Part shown: piece after piece, positions 63,100-64,000 of the stretch
How positions within the stretch are numbered: position 1 is the stretch's first letter
How the letters are laid out: every line of letters begins with the position of its first letter
DNA from: Mobula birostris
Lineage: Eukaryota
Direction of reading: 5' to 3'
DNA length: 64,000 nt
NCBI RefSeq assembly: GCF_030028105.1
Contig: NC_092379.1
Span: 26,219,821 to 26,283,820, forward strand
Position numbers and translations under genes: made by a program
The notes under the pieces: generated by a model
Told to the model about the DNA's origin: nothing
Seen by the model: the letters and a program-made list of their open reading frames with translations, nothing else
The model's database searches: none

Positions 63100-64000
63100 A
63101 ATCGGCTGCACAATCTCCGCCACCTTGATTTTCATGGTTTTCTAGCTTCTCATATTAGCAGCAACAGACGTAACCTGTGGCCCTCTCTTGTAGCCCAGAA
63201 TTTGGGTGTTCGCAAATGACATCACAATAACCACAGCAACCCATGTCCATGCAAAATAGATATCGAAAACCCTGGACAACTATGCTGGGATGACCAGGTA
63301 GCTACGCGATTAGCCAAGAGGTCCAGGCACACGGTGATCAGGAAAGACTAGGCTCCGAGTTTGTTGTGAAGAAAGACGTTTCGTCGACTGAGGACAACTC
63401 AGTGAAATGTCTCGCAAAGCTGTTTAATGCAGCAATGCGAGACAACGTCAACATCACCAACACACTAATGCAGACCGAAGAGTTTCTGTAGAACATCGAC
63501 AGAGCTGGACTGACAGGTAAATTTAAGACATGCCGTAACAAAATGATACACTCCATGTCTACTCTGGCTTTTGGAGCTGTATGTGTCCCCCAGGGCCACT
63601 GTAAAATGCATTAAGACGATAGTCAGCAAGAACTTGAGGAGGAGGCTGGACATTCTCCTAACGTTTTCCTCAGTGGCACAGGCCATATGAACAGGCCATC
63701 TACAACTCCGATTGTCATCTGTAGTAGAGGACATCAAGGTAGCAATGTGTAGAGTTGTGTTAGCAGTCGGGGACTCCGATCACAAGCGAATAAACCAAGT
63801 GAGAGTAACAAAACGATCGCCAAAATTGGACAGTCAACGCGGCGACAGACAAGGTAGTGAGAATTCAGCAATTGGATTATATCATTAGCAAAACTTTCGG
63901 GAGACGGAAAGGCCCTGGCTACCCATATTTTTCTCTATGGAGCAGTGCAAGTGTACGGGGTTGGTGTGACACGGAACCGTGAGGACGAAACACTTTCATC
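63100..64000 (+). mobile_element. Decayed Hero-like (restriction-endonuclease clade) non-LTR retrotransposon, RT and C-terminal region
   Basis: VFANDITITT (degenerate FMDD, ~63206-63235); VKCLAKLFNAAMRD; IDRAGLTGKFK; IVSKNLRRRL; LQLRLSSVVEDIKVA; GRKGPGYP. The order of these blocks follows the Hero-clade ORF (KCLGK..., DKSGLPGKFK, NHLRRWL, LQLPFSSLTEEFKV, GRAGLG). Confidence 0.72.

Overview
This is vertebrate genomic DNA, most likely from a cartilaginous fish and probably a batoid; I infer this from the repeat complement, not from a search. Most of the window is decayed retroelements: many CR1 LINE fragments, Rex1/Babar, an L2/Crack-type LINE, a Hero-like LINE, Penelope-like termini with hammerhead-ribozyme motifs, two Ty3/Gypsy families, four solo LTRs and microsatellites. 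There are two N gaps. The only well-supported host gene element is one apparently intact T-cell receptor alpha/delta V segment on the minus strand. It has a leader exon (58842-58887), a 98-nt intron, a V exon (58437-58743), a canonical 23-bp-spacer RSS (58398-58436) and a CRE-rich upstream region. The main structural feature is an old ~7 kb tandem duplication inside one PNMA-gag Gypsy element (copy A ~11830-21095, copy B ~21096-30230); both copies share one CR1 insertion and then gained different later insertions. I found no evidence for a new multi-gene biological system. Nearly all ORF-track entries are TE remnants, low-complexity reading frames or N-gap artefacts. All alignments and identities were judged by eye.
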